64,000 nucleotides of DNA, from contig JANMQY010000079.1 of the NCBI GenBank assembly GCA_031370785.1, positions 32,001 through 96,000 on the forward strand, in the 5' to 3' direction. The position numbers and the translations under genes are program-made. Shown here one piece after another: positions 1-8,862 of the stretch (within the stretch, counting starts at the first letter, position 1; the number at the start of each line of letters is the position of its first letter). The DNA comes from Candidatus Eiseniibacteriota bacterium (GTDB taxonomy: Bacteria; Eisenbacteria; RBG-16-71-46). The notes beneath the pieces were generated by a model. That model searched no databases. It was not told where the DNA came from and worked only from the letters and a program-made list of their open reading frames with translations.

Positions 1-918
1 GCTGACGAGGCGGTTTGCCTTTGCGAGCGGCATTCGATTCCACACCGCCCGCCCGGCGCTGCGCAGCGGCCGCAGCAGGGCGGGCAGTCCGAGATCGGGC
101 AGGCTCAGGCGCGCCTTCTCGGTCTCTTCGACGCCGTGCGTGTCGTAGCGGAAGCGGCGCGACCACGCGCGCAGCGGCCGCCACACCAGGAATTCCATCG
201 CGAGCACGATCAGCGTGAGCACCACGATCGCGCCGGCGGCGAGGCGCAGATTCCCGGTGGCAAAGGCCCGCGCCATGATGCTGCCCAGGCCGGGCAGCGG
301 ATATTCGACCGGGCCGGCCACGATGATCTCGCTCGCGATCAGGAAGTACCAGCCGTTGGCCCACGACAGGATGCTGTTGTAGATCAGGGTGGGGATGCAG
401 GCCGGCAGCAGGAGCGTTCGCCACAGCAGTATGCCGCGCACACCCAGGCTCTCGGTGGCGGCCCGCGTCTCGAGCGGAATCGTGGACAGCCCCTCGTAGA
501 CGCCGAACGCGAGATTCCACGACTGGCTGGTGAAGAGCAGGAAGATGGAGGCGAGCTCGATTCCGAGCCGCCCGCCGCCCATGACCGTGACGAACAGGAA
601 GATCGCGGCGGGGAAGAACCCGAGCACCGGCACCGACTGCCCCACGTCGAGCAGCGGCAGCAGAATCCGCGCCGCACGCGGACTGGTCGCGGCCTTGTAG
701 CCCACGATCCACGCGAACACCAGCGACAGGACGTAGGAGGCGGTCATGCGCAGCAGCGACCACGCCGCGGCGGCGGGCAGCTCGCCGACCCCGGGCTCGT
801 GCGCGACCACTCGCGCAATCGAGAGCGCGCGCGGCCCCTGCGAGAGCGTCGCGAGCGCGAGCAGGCCGGCGATCACCCCGATCGTCAGCCAGCGCGATGT
901 CGGACGGGTTTCGGTCAT
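1..918 (-). CDS. ABC transporter permease, NitT/TauT-type anion transport (duplicated-permease family); runs off the left edge
   Basis: Not on the ORF track; I translated it from the ATG at 918: MTETRPTSRWLTIGVIAG...LLPLLDVGQSVPVLGFFP...LFTSQSWNLAFGVYEGL...IYNSILSWANGWYFLIASEII. It has multiple TM segments and a GGAAGG RBS. Confidence 0.8.
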   Translation of the reverse strand, partial: MTETRPTSRWLTIGVIAGLLALATLSQGPRALSIARVVAHEPGVGELPAAAAWSLLRMTASYVLSLVFAWIVGYKAATSPRAARILLPLLDVGQSVPVLGFFPAAIFLFVTVMGGGRLGIELASIFLLFTSQSWNLAFGVYEGLSTIPLETRAATESLGVRGILLWRTLLLPACIPTLIYNSILSWANGWYFLIASEIIVAGPVEYPLPGLGSIMARAFATGNLRLAAGAIVVLTLIVLAMEFLVWRPLRAWSRRFRYDTHGVEETEKARLSLPDLGLPALLRPLRSAGRAVWNRMPLAKANRLVS

Positions 919-1107
919 GCGCAACCTTCCCCTCGAGGTGGAGCCCGCGCGCGGCCCCTCAAGGCTCGCGACGGGGAACTCCGCCGGCCGTGAGCGTGGA
1001 TGATTCCGCAATCTAGCGTGCGGATCGCGCGCACAACAACGTTTAATCGCGGTCCGTGAGCGATTGTCGGCCGCGCCACTTCGGCCCGCGTCCCCTGAGG
1101 CCCGCGA

Positions 1108-1137
1108 TTGACCCGGCTCTCACGGCGCGCTTAGCAT
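1108..1137 (+). promoter_or_regulatory. Sigma70-like promoter of phoB-phoR
   Basis: TTGACC (1108-1113), 18 nt spacer, TAGCAT (1132-1137), then a GGAGG RBS before the ATG at 1159. Confidence 0.5.
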
Positions 1138-1158
1138 CGCGATCCCATCGGAGGACGC

Positions 1159-1857
1159 ATGCACGATGTTGTGATGGTCATCGAGGACGAGAAGGAGATC
1201 CGCGATCTCATCCGCTACAACCTCGAGCGTGCGGGATTCCGGGTCGTCACGGCGCCCAATGGCGAGGAAGGGCTCGAGCGGGTGTTCGCTTCGAGACCCG
1301 ACGCGCTGGTGCTCGACCTGATGCTGCCCGGACGCAGCGGTCTCGACGTGCTGCGCGAAGTGCGCGGCGAGATCGCGACCCGTGACCTGCCGGTGGTGCT
1401 GCTCACGGCGCGCGGCGCCGAAATGGACAAGCTGCTGGGCTTCGAACACGGCGCCGACGACTACCTGACCAAGCCGTTCAGTCCGCGCGAGCTGATCGCA
1501 CGATTGCATGCCCTGCTGCGGCGCGCCCGGCCGGTGTCCGCCGAGAACGTGATCGAGATCGGGGAGCTGCGCGTGGACCCGCTCGCCCGCGAGGCGACGT
1601 TTGCGGGGCGCGCGCTCACACTCACGCCGCGCGAATTCGACCTGCTCGCCTACCTTGCGAGTCACCCGGGAAGGGTGCAGTCGCGCGAAGAGCTGCTGCG
1701 CAAGGTCTGGGGCTACGACTTCGTCGGTGAGACGCGCACGGTCGACGTGCACGTGCGCCGGCTCCGCGCCAAGATCGGCGAGAAGCATCGCGTGATCGAG
1801 ACCATGACCGGCGCCGGGTACAAGTTCGTCGGCGGGGCGAAGCGCGACTCGCGCTGA
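1159..1857 (+). CDS. phoB: Phosphate regulon response regulator (OmpR/PhoB family)
   Basis: REC domain (IEDE, LDLMLP, KPFS) plus winged helix (TRTVDVHVRRLR); located next to pst/phoU/ppx. Confidence 0.88.
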   Translation: MHDVVMVIEDEKEIRDLIRYNLERAGFRVVTAPNGEEGLERVFASRPDALVLDLMLPGRSGLDVLREVRGEIATRDLPVVLLTARGAEMDKLLGFEHGADDYLTKPFSPRELIARLHALLRRARPVSAENVIEIGELRVDPLAREATFAGRALTLTPREFDLLAYLASHPGRVQSREELLRKVWGYDFVGETRTVDVHVRRLRAKIGEKHRVIETMTGAGYKFVGGAKRDSR

Positions 1858-1878
1858 GCGCTGGCGAAAGAGGCGCGC

Positions 1879-3645
1879 ATGACACTGGGCCTGCGCGAGA
1901 GACTGTTCGGTGGATTCGCGCTGGTGCTGGCGGCGACCCTGGCGCTGGTCGCCCTGATGACCGCGCACGAACAGGAGCGCTGGCTGCAGGCGCGCACCCG
2001 CGAGACGCTCGAGCGCTCGGCGCGACTGGTGCTGCGCGAGATCGCACACGCTCCTGAAGCCGCGGCCGGCAACTGGCCGGCGTTCGCCGCGGAGATGGGC
2101 GATGTGCTCCAGTGCCGGGTCACCCTGATCGCGGGCGACGGTCGCGTGCTCGGCGACAGCGAGGTCGCGGCCGACCGGATCGCGGCGCTCGACAATCACT
2201 CCGGCCGCCCCGAGGTGCGCGCGGCGCTGGCTGGCCGGGTCGGCTGGGCGGTGCGCCACAGCCGGACTCTTGGGCTCGATCTCATGTACGTGGCGGTGCC
2301 CGCGGCGGCCGGCGGGCTCGGCGTGGTGCGCACCTCGGAGCCGCTGACCGTGCTCGCCGCGCTGCGCACCTCGCTCCAGCGCGCCACCATGCTGGCGCTT
2401 CTCGTCGCGCTCGCTCTCGGACTCGTGCTGGTGTACGGCGTCGCGGCCTGGCAGGCGGCGCGCGTGCGCTCGCTCCAGGCAATCGCCGCGCGCATTGGCG
2501 CTGGCGAGTCGGGCGCGCGCGCGCTGGAGCGCCCGCTCGACGAGCTGGGTCGGCTGGGGCGGACGCTGAATCAGATGGCGACCGACCTCTCGGCGCGGCT
2601 CGAGACGCTTTCGCGGGAGCGCGACGAGCGCGAGCACATCCTCGCCCACATGAGCGAAGGTGTTGCGCTGATCGACGCCGGGGGCCGGATCGTGCGCGCC
2701 AACCAGCGGCTTGCCGAGCTGCTGGATCAGACGTTCGTCGAGATCGGCCGGCCGTTCCGGGAATTCGCGCGCGTTCCCGAGCTGGCGGAAGTGCTGGAGG
2801 TCGCACGTCGCGATGGCGTGGTGGTGGAACGCGAGCTGAGGCTGTGGACGAGGGGTCTGCGCACGGTGCGCGCCAGCGCGACGCCGCTCGACGGACCCGA
2901 GGGGCGCGCGATTCTGCTCGTGCTCCACGATCTGAGCGAGGCCGAGAGGCTGAACCGCGTGCGCCAGGATTTCGTGGCGAACGTCTCGCACGAGCTGCGC
3001 ACGCCGCTCACCTCGGTGCGAGGTTACGCCGAGACGCTGCTCGACGGCGGGCTGGACGACCTCGAGCACCGTGAAGGCTTCGTGCGCATCATCCGCGATC
3101 AGACCGAGCGCCTGCAGGCGCTGGTGGACGACCTGCTTTCACTTTCCGAGCTGGAACGGCCCGGGGCCGAGCTGCGCGTTTCGCACTTCGACCTGTGGGA
3201 GCCGGTGGAGCGCCAGGTGGCGGCATTCCGGGATCGCGCGGTGCGCGCGCATCTCGCGCTGAGCGTGGAGCGGGGCCCGGCGGTCGAAGTGACCGCGGAT
3301 CGGGCCCGGCTCGAGCAGGTGGTGGCGAACCTGCTCGACAACGCCATCAAGTACACCGAGCGGGGCGGTGTGCGGGTCAGGGTCGGTGGCGACGCGCTGA
3401 GCGCGTGGTGCGAGGTCGAGGACACCGGCGCTGGGATTCCATTCGAGGATCAGGGACGCGTGTTCGAGCGGTTCTATCGCGTCGACAAGGCGCGCTCGCG
3501 GGACAAGGGTGGCACCGGGCTCGGACTTTCGATCGTGAAGCACATCGTCAGCCTGCACGGGGGAGAGGTCTCGCTCGAGAGCGCCCCGGGCAAGGGCAGT
3601 ACCTTTCGCTTCGAGATTCCGCGCCTCGCGCTCGCCGAGGACTGA
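1879..3645 (+). CDS. phoR: Phosphate regulon sensor histidine kinase (TM-HAMP-PAS-HisKA-HATPase)
   Basis: DFVANVSHELRTPLT H-box, NLLDNAIKY, FERFYRVDKARSR..GGTGLGLSIVKH, and periplasmic DNHSGRPEV. Confidence 0.88.
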   Translation: MTLGLRERLFGGFALVLAATLALVALMTAHEQERWLQARTRETLERSARLVLREIAHAPEAAAGNWPAFAAEMGDVLQCRVTLIAGDGRVLGDSEVAADRIAALDNHSGRPEVRAALAGRVGWAVRHSRTLGLDLMYVAVPAAAGGLGVVRTSEPLTVLAALRTSLQRATMLALLVALALGLVLVYGVAAWQAARVRSLQAIAARIGAGESGARALERPLDELGRLGRTLNQMATDLSARLETLSRERDEREHILAHMSEGVALIDAGGRIVRANQRLAELLDQTFVEIGRPFREFARVPELAEVLEVARRDGVVVERELRLWTRGLRTVRASATPLDGPEGRAILLVLHDLSEAERLNRVRQDFVANVSHELRTPLTSVRGYAETLLDGGLDDLEHREGFVRIIRDQTERLQALVDDLLSLSELERPGAELRVSHFDLWEPVERQVAAFRDRAVRAHLALSVERGPAVEVTADRARLEQVVANLLDNAIKYTERGGVRVRVGGDALSAWCEVEDTGAGIPFEDQGRVFERFYRVDKARSRDKGGTGLGLSIVKHIVSLHGGEVSLESAPGKGSTFRFEIPRLALAED

Positions 3646-4099
3646 GCCGACAGCGCGCCACGCCTGCCTCGCAGTCACTGCCATTCTCCAGCCGCGGCGC
3701 CCCTGCCCGTACTTCCGCCGCCGGCGCTTGCCCTCCTGCGTGAATTGCGGGGAGCCGGATCGGGTCCGGCGAACCCCTTCGGCGAGTGCCCCGCAATTCC
3801 GGATCTCCGACTTGCGGATCGAACGCGGCTCCGGCGGACCGCGCCCTCGAGAACGCTTCGAACGCGCCCGAAGCCTGCGCGATTCTCGAAATACCCATGC
3901 CCGCCTAACATGCGGGCGGACATGCGGTTCGGGCCGCGCGCCACGAGCCGTGTTTCCTCTCTCAATTCGGCAATGTTAGCGTTGATGCCCCGCGGCACCC
4001 CCTGCGTGGCGTCGTTGCTCCGCGGCGGCGTGACGCGGTGCGGCATTCGCCCGCGACCTGGCACCGCCCCATCAGATACTTGAAAGCGATCAGTTCCTC

Positions 4100-4618
4100 A
4101 TGCGTCTCATCCTGTTCAGGCACGGCCCCGCGGGCAGCTCCGATGCCGCACGCTGGCCCGACGACCGCGAACGTCCGCTCTCCTCGCGCGGCGAGGAGCG
4201 TACGCACGCCGCGGCGCTCGGTCTCGGCGAGATCGAGCGCGAGATCACCCGCATCCTGACGAGTCCGCTGCGCCGTGCGCTCGGGACCGGCGCGATCCTG
4301 CGCGAGGTGCTCGACCTCGACCGTGAGCTCGAGCTTCACGCCGATCTGGCGCCCGGCGGCTCGACGCGTCGGCTGCTCGAATCGTTCGCGGAGTCCACCG
4401 ACGAAGAGAGCGTGGTTCTGGTCGGGCACGAGCCCGACCTCGGCAAGCTCGCCGGCACGCTGCTCTTTGGCGCTCCGGCGCATCTGCCGCTCAAGAAGGC
4501 GGGCGGCTGCGCCATCGGCTTCGAGGGCGCCCCGCGTGCGGGAGAAGGGCAGCTGCTGTGGTTCCTGCCCCCGCGTGCGCTTCGCCGGCTGGCGCGCAAG
4601 CAAAGGATGCACGCGTGA
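4100..4618 (+). CDS. sixA: Phosphohistidine phosphatase SixA
   Basis: LILFRHG, D..RPLS..G, TSPLRRA and LVGHEPDL histidine-phosphatase motifs. Confidence 0.85.
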   Translation: MRLILFRHGPAGSSDAARWPDDRERPLSSRGEERTHAAALGLGEIEREITRILTSPLRRALGTGAILREVLDLDRELELHADLAPGGSTRRLLESFAESTDEESVVLVGHEPDLGKLAGTLLFGAPAHLPLKKAGGCAIGFEGAPRAGEGQLLWFLPPRALRRLARKQRMHA

Positions 4619-5325
4619 ACTCGATGCCGGACACCTACGGCGCCAACCGGACGCAGTATCCCGGCCGGTTGTTCATCGTCGAAGGCATCGACGGCTCGGG
4701 CAAGAGCACGCAGCTCACCCTGCTCGCGCAGTGGCTGCGCGGCCAGGGCTACCCGGTGGTGTTCAGCGAGTGGAACTCCTCGCTGATCGTGAAGGCGACC
4801 ACCTCGCGCGCCAAGAAGCGCCGGCTGCTCACGCCGCTGACCTTCTCCCTGATCCACGCCACCGACTTCTCGGACCGGGTGGAGCGCGAGATCGTGCCCA
4901 CGCTCAAGGCGGGCGCGGTCGTGCTCGCCGACCGCTACGTGTACACCGCGTTCGCGCGCGACGTGGTGCGCGGGGTGGACCCACGCTGGGTGCGTTCGCT
5001 CTACCGGTTCGCGGTGGTGCCGACGCGCGCGTTCTACTTCCGCGTGCCGCTCGAGATCGCGCTGCGCCGCATCCTCATGTCGCGTCCCAAGCTCAAGTAC
5101 TACGAGGCGGGCATGGACCTGGGCCTGCACCCGGATCCGCGCGAGTCGTACCGCCGATTCCAGACCCGCATCCTCGACCAGTACGAGACCCTGGTCGATG
5201 AATTCGGCCTCAGCGTGATGGACGCGACCGAACCGGTCGAGATCCAGCAGCGCCGCCTGCGCCGCGAGATCCTGCCACTGCTCGCGGGGCTGCCCCGTTC
5301 GGGAGACGTCCATGCGATCCTTTGA
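4615..5325 (+). CDS. Thymidylate-kinase-like P-loop protein 1 (candidate polyphosphate kinase catalytic subunit)
   Basis: IVEGIDGSGKSTQ Walker A and LADRY motif. GTG at 4615 overlaps the sixA stop (GTGA), with an AAGGA RBS. Confidence 0.8.
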   Translation: MNSMPDTYGANRTQYPGRLFIVEGIDGSGKSTQLTLLAQWLRGQGYPVVFSEWNSSLIVKATTSRAKKRRLLTPLTFSLIHATDFSDRVEREIVPTLKAGAVVLADRYVYTAFARDVVRGVDPRWVRSLYRFAVVPTRAFYFRVPLEIALRRILMSRPKLKYYEAGMDLGLHPDPRESYRRFQTRILDQYETLVDEFGLSVMDATEPVEIQQRRLRREILPLLAGLPRSGDVHAIL

Positions 5326-6019
5326 GAGTTACGGCGTCCCGATTCCGGCGGTGGATCCTGCCGAGCTCACCGGCTGGCTGGTCGTGATCGAGGGGACCGA
5401 TGGAGTGGGGCGCACCACGCACGTCAATCACCTGCGCGCCCATCTCGAACGCCAGGGCTACGCCGTGGCCGAGTCCGGATTCACGCGATCCGACGTCGCG
5501 AGCCGCGGCATCCGCCGCGCCAAGCAGGGCAACACGCTCGGCTCCAACGCGTACAATCTGTTCTACGCGACCGATTTTGCGGACCGGCTCGAACGTCAGA
5601 TCATTCCCGCACTTCGCGCCGGGTTCGTCATGCTGACCGACCGATACGTCTATTCGCTCATCGCGCGCGCCATCGTGCGCGGGGCGGATCCGGACTGGAT
5701 CAAGCAGGTCTACTCGTTCTCGCTCCAGCCCGATGCGGTGTTCTACCTGCGCATCGCGGTGCCCGACCTGGTGCCGCGCATCGTTTCCAACGGCGGCTTC
5801 GACTACTGGGAGTCGGGCATGGACCTGCCCATGGGCGAGGACATCTACGACTCCTTCATCAACTATCAGAAGCGCGTGATCGAGGAGCTGGACGGGCTGT
5901 CGCGTGACTACGGATTCCAGACCATCGACGCCACCCGGCGAGAGGACGACATCGCCGAGGAGCTGGCGGCCCGCGTCTCGACTCTGCTGGAAGCCGACAT
6001 TCCTCCAGTCGTCGAGTGA
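5312..6019 (+). CDS. Thymidylate-kinase-like P-loop protein 2 (degenerate Walker A)
   Basis: VIEGTDGVGRTT (Lys replaced by Arg) and LTDRY. Paralogous to the upstream gene (ATDFxDRxE..I.P.L.AG, YxEsGMDL). Confidence 0.8.
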   Translation: MRSFESYGVPIPAVDPAELTGWLVVIEGTDGVGRTTHVNHLRAHLERQGYAVAESGFTRSDVASRGIRRAKQGNTLGSNAYNLFYATDFADRLERQIIPALRAGFVMLTDRYVYSLIARAIVRGADPDWIKQVYSFSLQPDAVFYLRIAVPDLVPRIVSNGGFDYWESGMDLPMGEDIYDSFINYQKRVIEELDGLSRDYGFQTIDATRREDDIAEELAARVSTLLEADIPPVVE

Positions 6020-7077
6020 TCGCGCTGGCTTCTGAAGACACCGGCGCTCCCGGCGCTGGCGCTCCCGACACGCCGGACGCCGACGCTCGCGAGCCGCTGG
6101 CCCTGAGGCTCCGCCGTCTCACCGAAGCGCTCCTCATTGCCGCGCGTGGGCTGCGCGCGCACGACACCGAGGCGGCGCACGATGCGCGTGTCGCCGCACG
6201 CAGGCTCGAGTCCGCGCTTTCGCTGTGGCGATCGGTGCTGCGTCACAGCCCCGCCGATCGCGCCCGCCGCGAACTGCGCCGCAAGCGTCGCGCGCTGTCC
6301 CGGGTCCGCGATCTGGAAGTCCACCTTGCCGAGCTTCGCCCGATGCTGCGCCCGCTCGCCGCGGATGATGCGCGTATTGCGCGCTGGCTCGAGCGGCTCG
6401 AGCGCCGGACGGTGCGCGCCCGCGAGGTCGCGACGCGACGGGTGAGCCCGGCGCGGGTGAGGCGCGTGCAGAAGTGGATCGAGGCTGCCGCCGAGAATGC
6501 CGCGGAGGAGACGGCGCTCGATGCGGTGCGCGAGCGGCTTGCCGGGCGCGAGAAGGAATTCCGGGAACACGCGGCGCATGCGCTCGAATCCCCCGAGCCC
6601 GCGCGGCTTCACGCCGCGAGGATCGCCGCCAAGAAGCTGCGCTACGCGCTGGAGAGCGCGCAGAGTCCCGCTATGCCGTCGGACCAGCCTCGCGACGAGG
6701 TCGCGGAACTCCGCGCGGTCCAGCGGGCGCTGGGAGATGTCCAGGACGCTTCGACGCTGACCCGGCGGCTGACCCGGCGCCTGCGTCGCTGGCACGCACG
6801 CGGTCATGCGTCGACGGCTTCACGAGTCGAGCCCCTGCTCGAGCCGCTGGCGGCGCGGAGCGCGCGGGCCGTCGAGAAGGTGCTGCCGAAGATCCGTGCG
6901 ATTCTCGAGCGGGCTTCGCGGCATGTTCCAGCACCACCCGCACCCGCCCCTTCACCAGGCGCTCGAGAAGCCCGGTCCGGCGTCGCGCCGCCCACAGCTC
7001 CAGCTGCGCCTCGCGTCGGGCGGATACAACGATCGATACGGTCGCGTCGCGTCGCACCACCCGCATCGAGCGGATGA
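6016..7077 (+). CDS. CHAD domain protein (polyphosphate-binding family)
   Basis: AHDARVAARRLES, LSRVRDLEV, LHAARIAAKKLRYALE and LGDVQD CHAD motifs. Confidence 0.85.
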   Translation: MIALASEDTGAPGAGAPDTPDADAREPLALRLRRLTEALLIAARGLRAHDTEAAHDARVAARRLESALSLWRSVLRHSPADRARRELRRKRRALSRVRDLEVHLAELRPMLRPLAADDARIARWLERLERRTVRAREVATRRVSPARVRRVQKWIEAAAENAAEETALDAVRERLAGREKEFREHAAHALESPEPARLHAARIAAKKLRYALESAQSPAMPSDQPRDEVAELRAVQRALGDVQDASTLTRRLTRRLRRWHARGHASTASRVEPLLEPLAARSARAVEKVLPKIRAILERASRHVPAPPAPAPSPGAREARSGVAPPTAPAAPRVGRIQRSIRSRRVAPPASSG

Positions 7078-8455
7078 GCTGATAGTGACTGCGCTCGAGG
7101 CCCTCGGCGATGCGCAGGATCGCGGAGAGCCAGAGCACGACGCGCCGCTGACTCTTGTCCAGCGCCTTGTACTCCGGGTCGCGCTTTCGCGGGCGACCTT
7201 TGCCGTGATAGCGCGTCACCAGCGCCACCTGCACGATCTCCGCGGCAGAGAGCCCGCGCAGATTTCCGTTCTTGACCACGTAGCCCGAGTGCTCGTGGTG
7301 GCCGTCGTAGCCGATCGCCGAGCCGATGTCGTGGAGCAGCGCCGCGAAGTGCAGCAGCTCGCGCGCCTCGGCATCCAGCCTGTGCCTGGAGCGCAGCGCA
7401 TCGAACAGCGTGAGCGCGAGGGTCGCGACGTGACGCGGGTGCGCCCCGTCCGCGTTGAATTTCGCGAGCAGCAGGTAGACGCTGCGCAGCCGAAGGTCGT
7501 CGACTGTCTCCAGCTTCGAGATCTCCTTCGCGTGGTAGACCAGATGGTCGGTGACCAGTCCCTCGCGCACGCCGAAGTCCGACAGCGTGATCCCGTCGAG
7601 GCCGAGCATGGAGAGCAGCTCGTGCAGAACGGTGGCCCCGGCCAGCAGGATCTCGGCGCGTGCCGCATCGATCGCCGGCAGGTGCTCGCGCTCGGTCTGA
7701 TCCATGCGCTGCAATCGCGCCACCAGACGCTCGAGCCCCTCGGCGGCGAGGAAGTGCCCGTTCAGCTGCTCCAGGGGCACGCCGGTCTGGCTCCACGCCA
7801 CGGTCTGTGCCAGTGCGTGGATCGAGCCTGACGATCCGTACGCGCGGGTGATCTTGTAGGGCTCGAGCTCGCGCAAGGCCGGGCGCAGCTTGCGCCGCAC
7901 GTGGCGGCGAAGCCGTGCGACGTCGCGGCGGGTCGGCGGATCCCTGGGGACCATCAGCTCGGTGAGGCGCAGCGCGCCGAGTGGAACGCTGGCGGCGTGT
8001 GAAAGGCGCTCGCGGTTTCCCACCACCAGCTGGGCGCTGCCGCCGCCGATGTCCACGATCAGCGCGGGCGCCTCCTCCAGCTGGAGGGCGCTCTTGACCG
8101 CGAGATAGATGAGGCGCCCCTCTTCATCTCCGGGGATGACGCGGGGCGAGATCCCGCTCGCCTCGCGCGCCGCGCTCAGGAACTCGCCGCCGTTGCGGGC
8201 CTCGCGCACCGCGGCCGTGGCGGTGCACAGGATGCGGTCCACCTGATGCCGGCGCGCGAGGCGCACGAAGCGGGTGAGCGCGTCCACGGTGCGGCGGATC
8301 GCCGCACGGCGCAGCCGTCCGGCGGCGAACGAGCCGCGACCGATCTGCACCACTTCCCGCTCGCGATCGATCACGTCGAACGAGGCACCGCCTCGCGACT
8401 GCGCGATCACCATGTGAATCGAGTTGGTGCCGATGTCGATTGCAGCGATGCGCAT
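6671..8455 (-). CDS. ppx: Exopolyphosphatase Ppx/GppA with HD domain
   Basis: AAIDIGTNSIH, ATAAVREARNG, DIGGGS, GVREG and LLHDIG. Confidence 0.92.
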   Translation of the reverse strand: MRIAAIDIGTNSIHMVIAQSRGGASFDVIDREREVVQIGRGSFAAGRLRRAAIRRTVDALTRFVRLARRHQVDRILCTATAAVREARNGGEFLSAAREASGISPRVIPGDEEGRLIYLAVKSALQLEEAPALIVDIGGGSAQLVVGNRERLSHAASVPLGALRLTELMVPRDPPTRRDVARLRRHVRRKLRPALRELEPYKITRAYGSSGSIHALAQTVAWSQTGVPLEQLNGHFLAAEGLERLVARLQRMDQTEREHLPAIDAARAEILLAGATVLHELLSMLGLDGITLSDFGVREGLVTDHLVYHAKEISKLETVDDLRLRSVYLLLAKFNADGAHPRHVATLALTLFDALRSRHRLDAEARELLHFAALLHDIGSAIGYDGHHEHSGYVVKNGNLRGLSAAEIVQVALVTRYHGKGRPRKRDPEYKALDKSQRRVVLWLSAILRIAEGLERSHYQLIRSMRVVRRDATVSIVVSARREAQLELWAARRRTGLLERLVKGRVRVVLEHAAKPARESHGSSAAPSRRPARSAPPAARAGARLVKPSTHDRVRASDAGAGSAAGSASKRPGHLPAPAGPRGVPRPRREAGPTA

Positions 8456-8639
8456 CTGGTCCGGCCCTCCAAGGGGGACGCGTCCGCGGCCACCGAGTTT
8501 ACGCGTCTCGGGCGCCTTTGGCCATCACACTGCTCGACGTCCGCGCATCGTCGCCGTCCCGCCTGCCCCGGCGTCGTGCGCAGTTTCTCCGCACTTTTAT
8601 CGGGCGTTCACGCGTCGTAACCGCCGACGTGTTCTCTTT

Positions 8640-8862
8640 CGGCTCGTCGCTCCCGACCCTTGAGCTTCCCCGCCACTCGAATCCGGGAGTTCGCCCCGCG
8701 CGGCACCGCACGCATCGCGCGCTCTGCGCGCGCGCACGCCGACTGTTCGGAAGCTGGGAGGGCGCGGTCCGCGCGGCGGGACTCGACTACGCCGAGCTGG
8801 TCACGATTGCACGGCAGCGCGCCTCGCGCGCCCGCCGGCTCACCTGGCGTCGCGCGCGCTAA
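8640..8862 (+). pseudogene. Gene remnant carrying one 'FGSWxxAxxAAG' (homing-endonuclease-associated repeat-like) helix motif
   Basis: The frame of ORF 8440..8862 reads ALCARARRLFGSWEGAVRAAGLDYAEL. There is no convincing start codon or RBS. Confidence 0.4.

Noticed and set aside
136..3069. Long antisense ORFs such as 136..993 (+) and 1120..3069 (-), and the many similar ones across the window
   Set aside because: These are shadow ORFs opposite well-supported genes, Arg/Ala/Pro-rich and without motifs, as expected at this GC content.
3880..3930. CATGC direct repeats upstream of sixA as a Pho box
   Set aside because: Spacing is 12-13 bp rather than 11, and the sequence does not match the CCGTAAC/GTCAT unit.
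4615..6019. Annotating the pair as housekeeping tmk
   Set aside because: Tandem paralogs, a degenerate Walker A in one copy and the polyP/Pho context argue against simple dTMP kinase, so no gene symbol was given.
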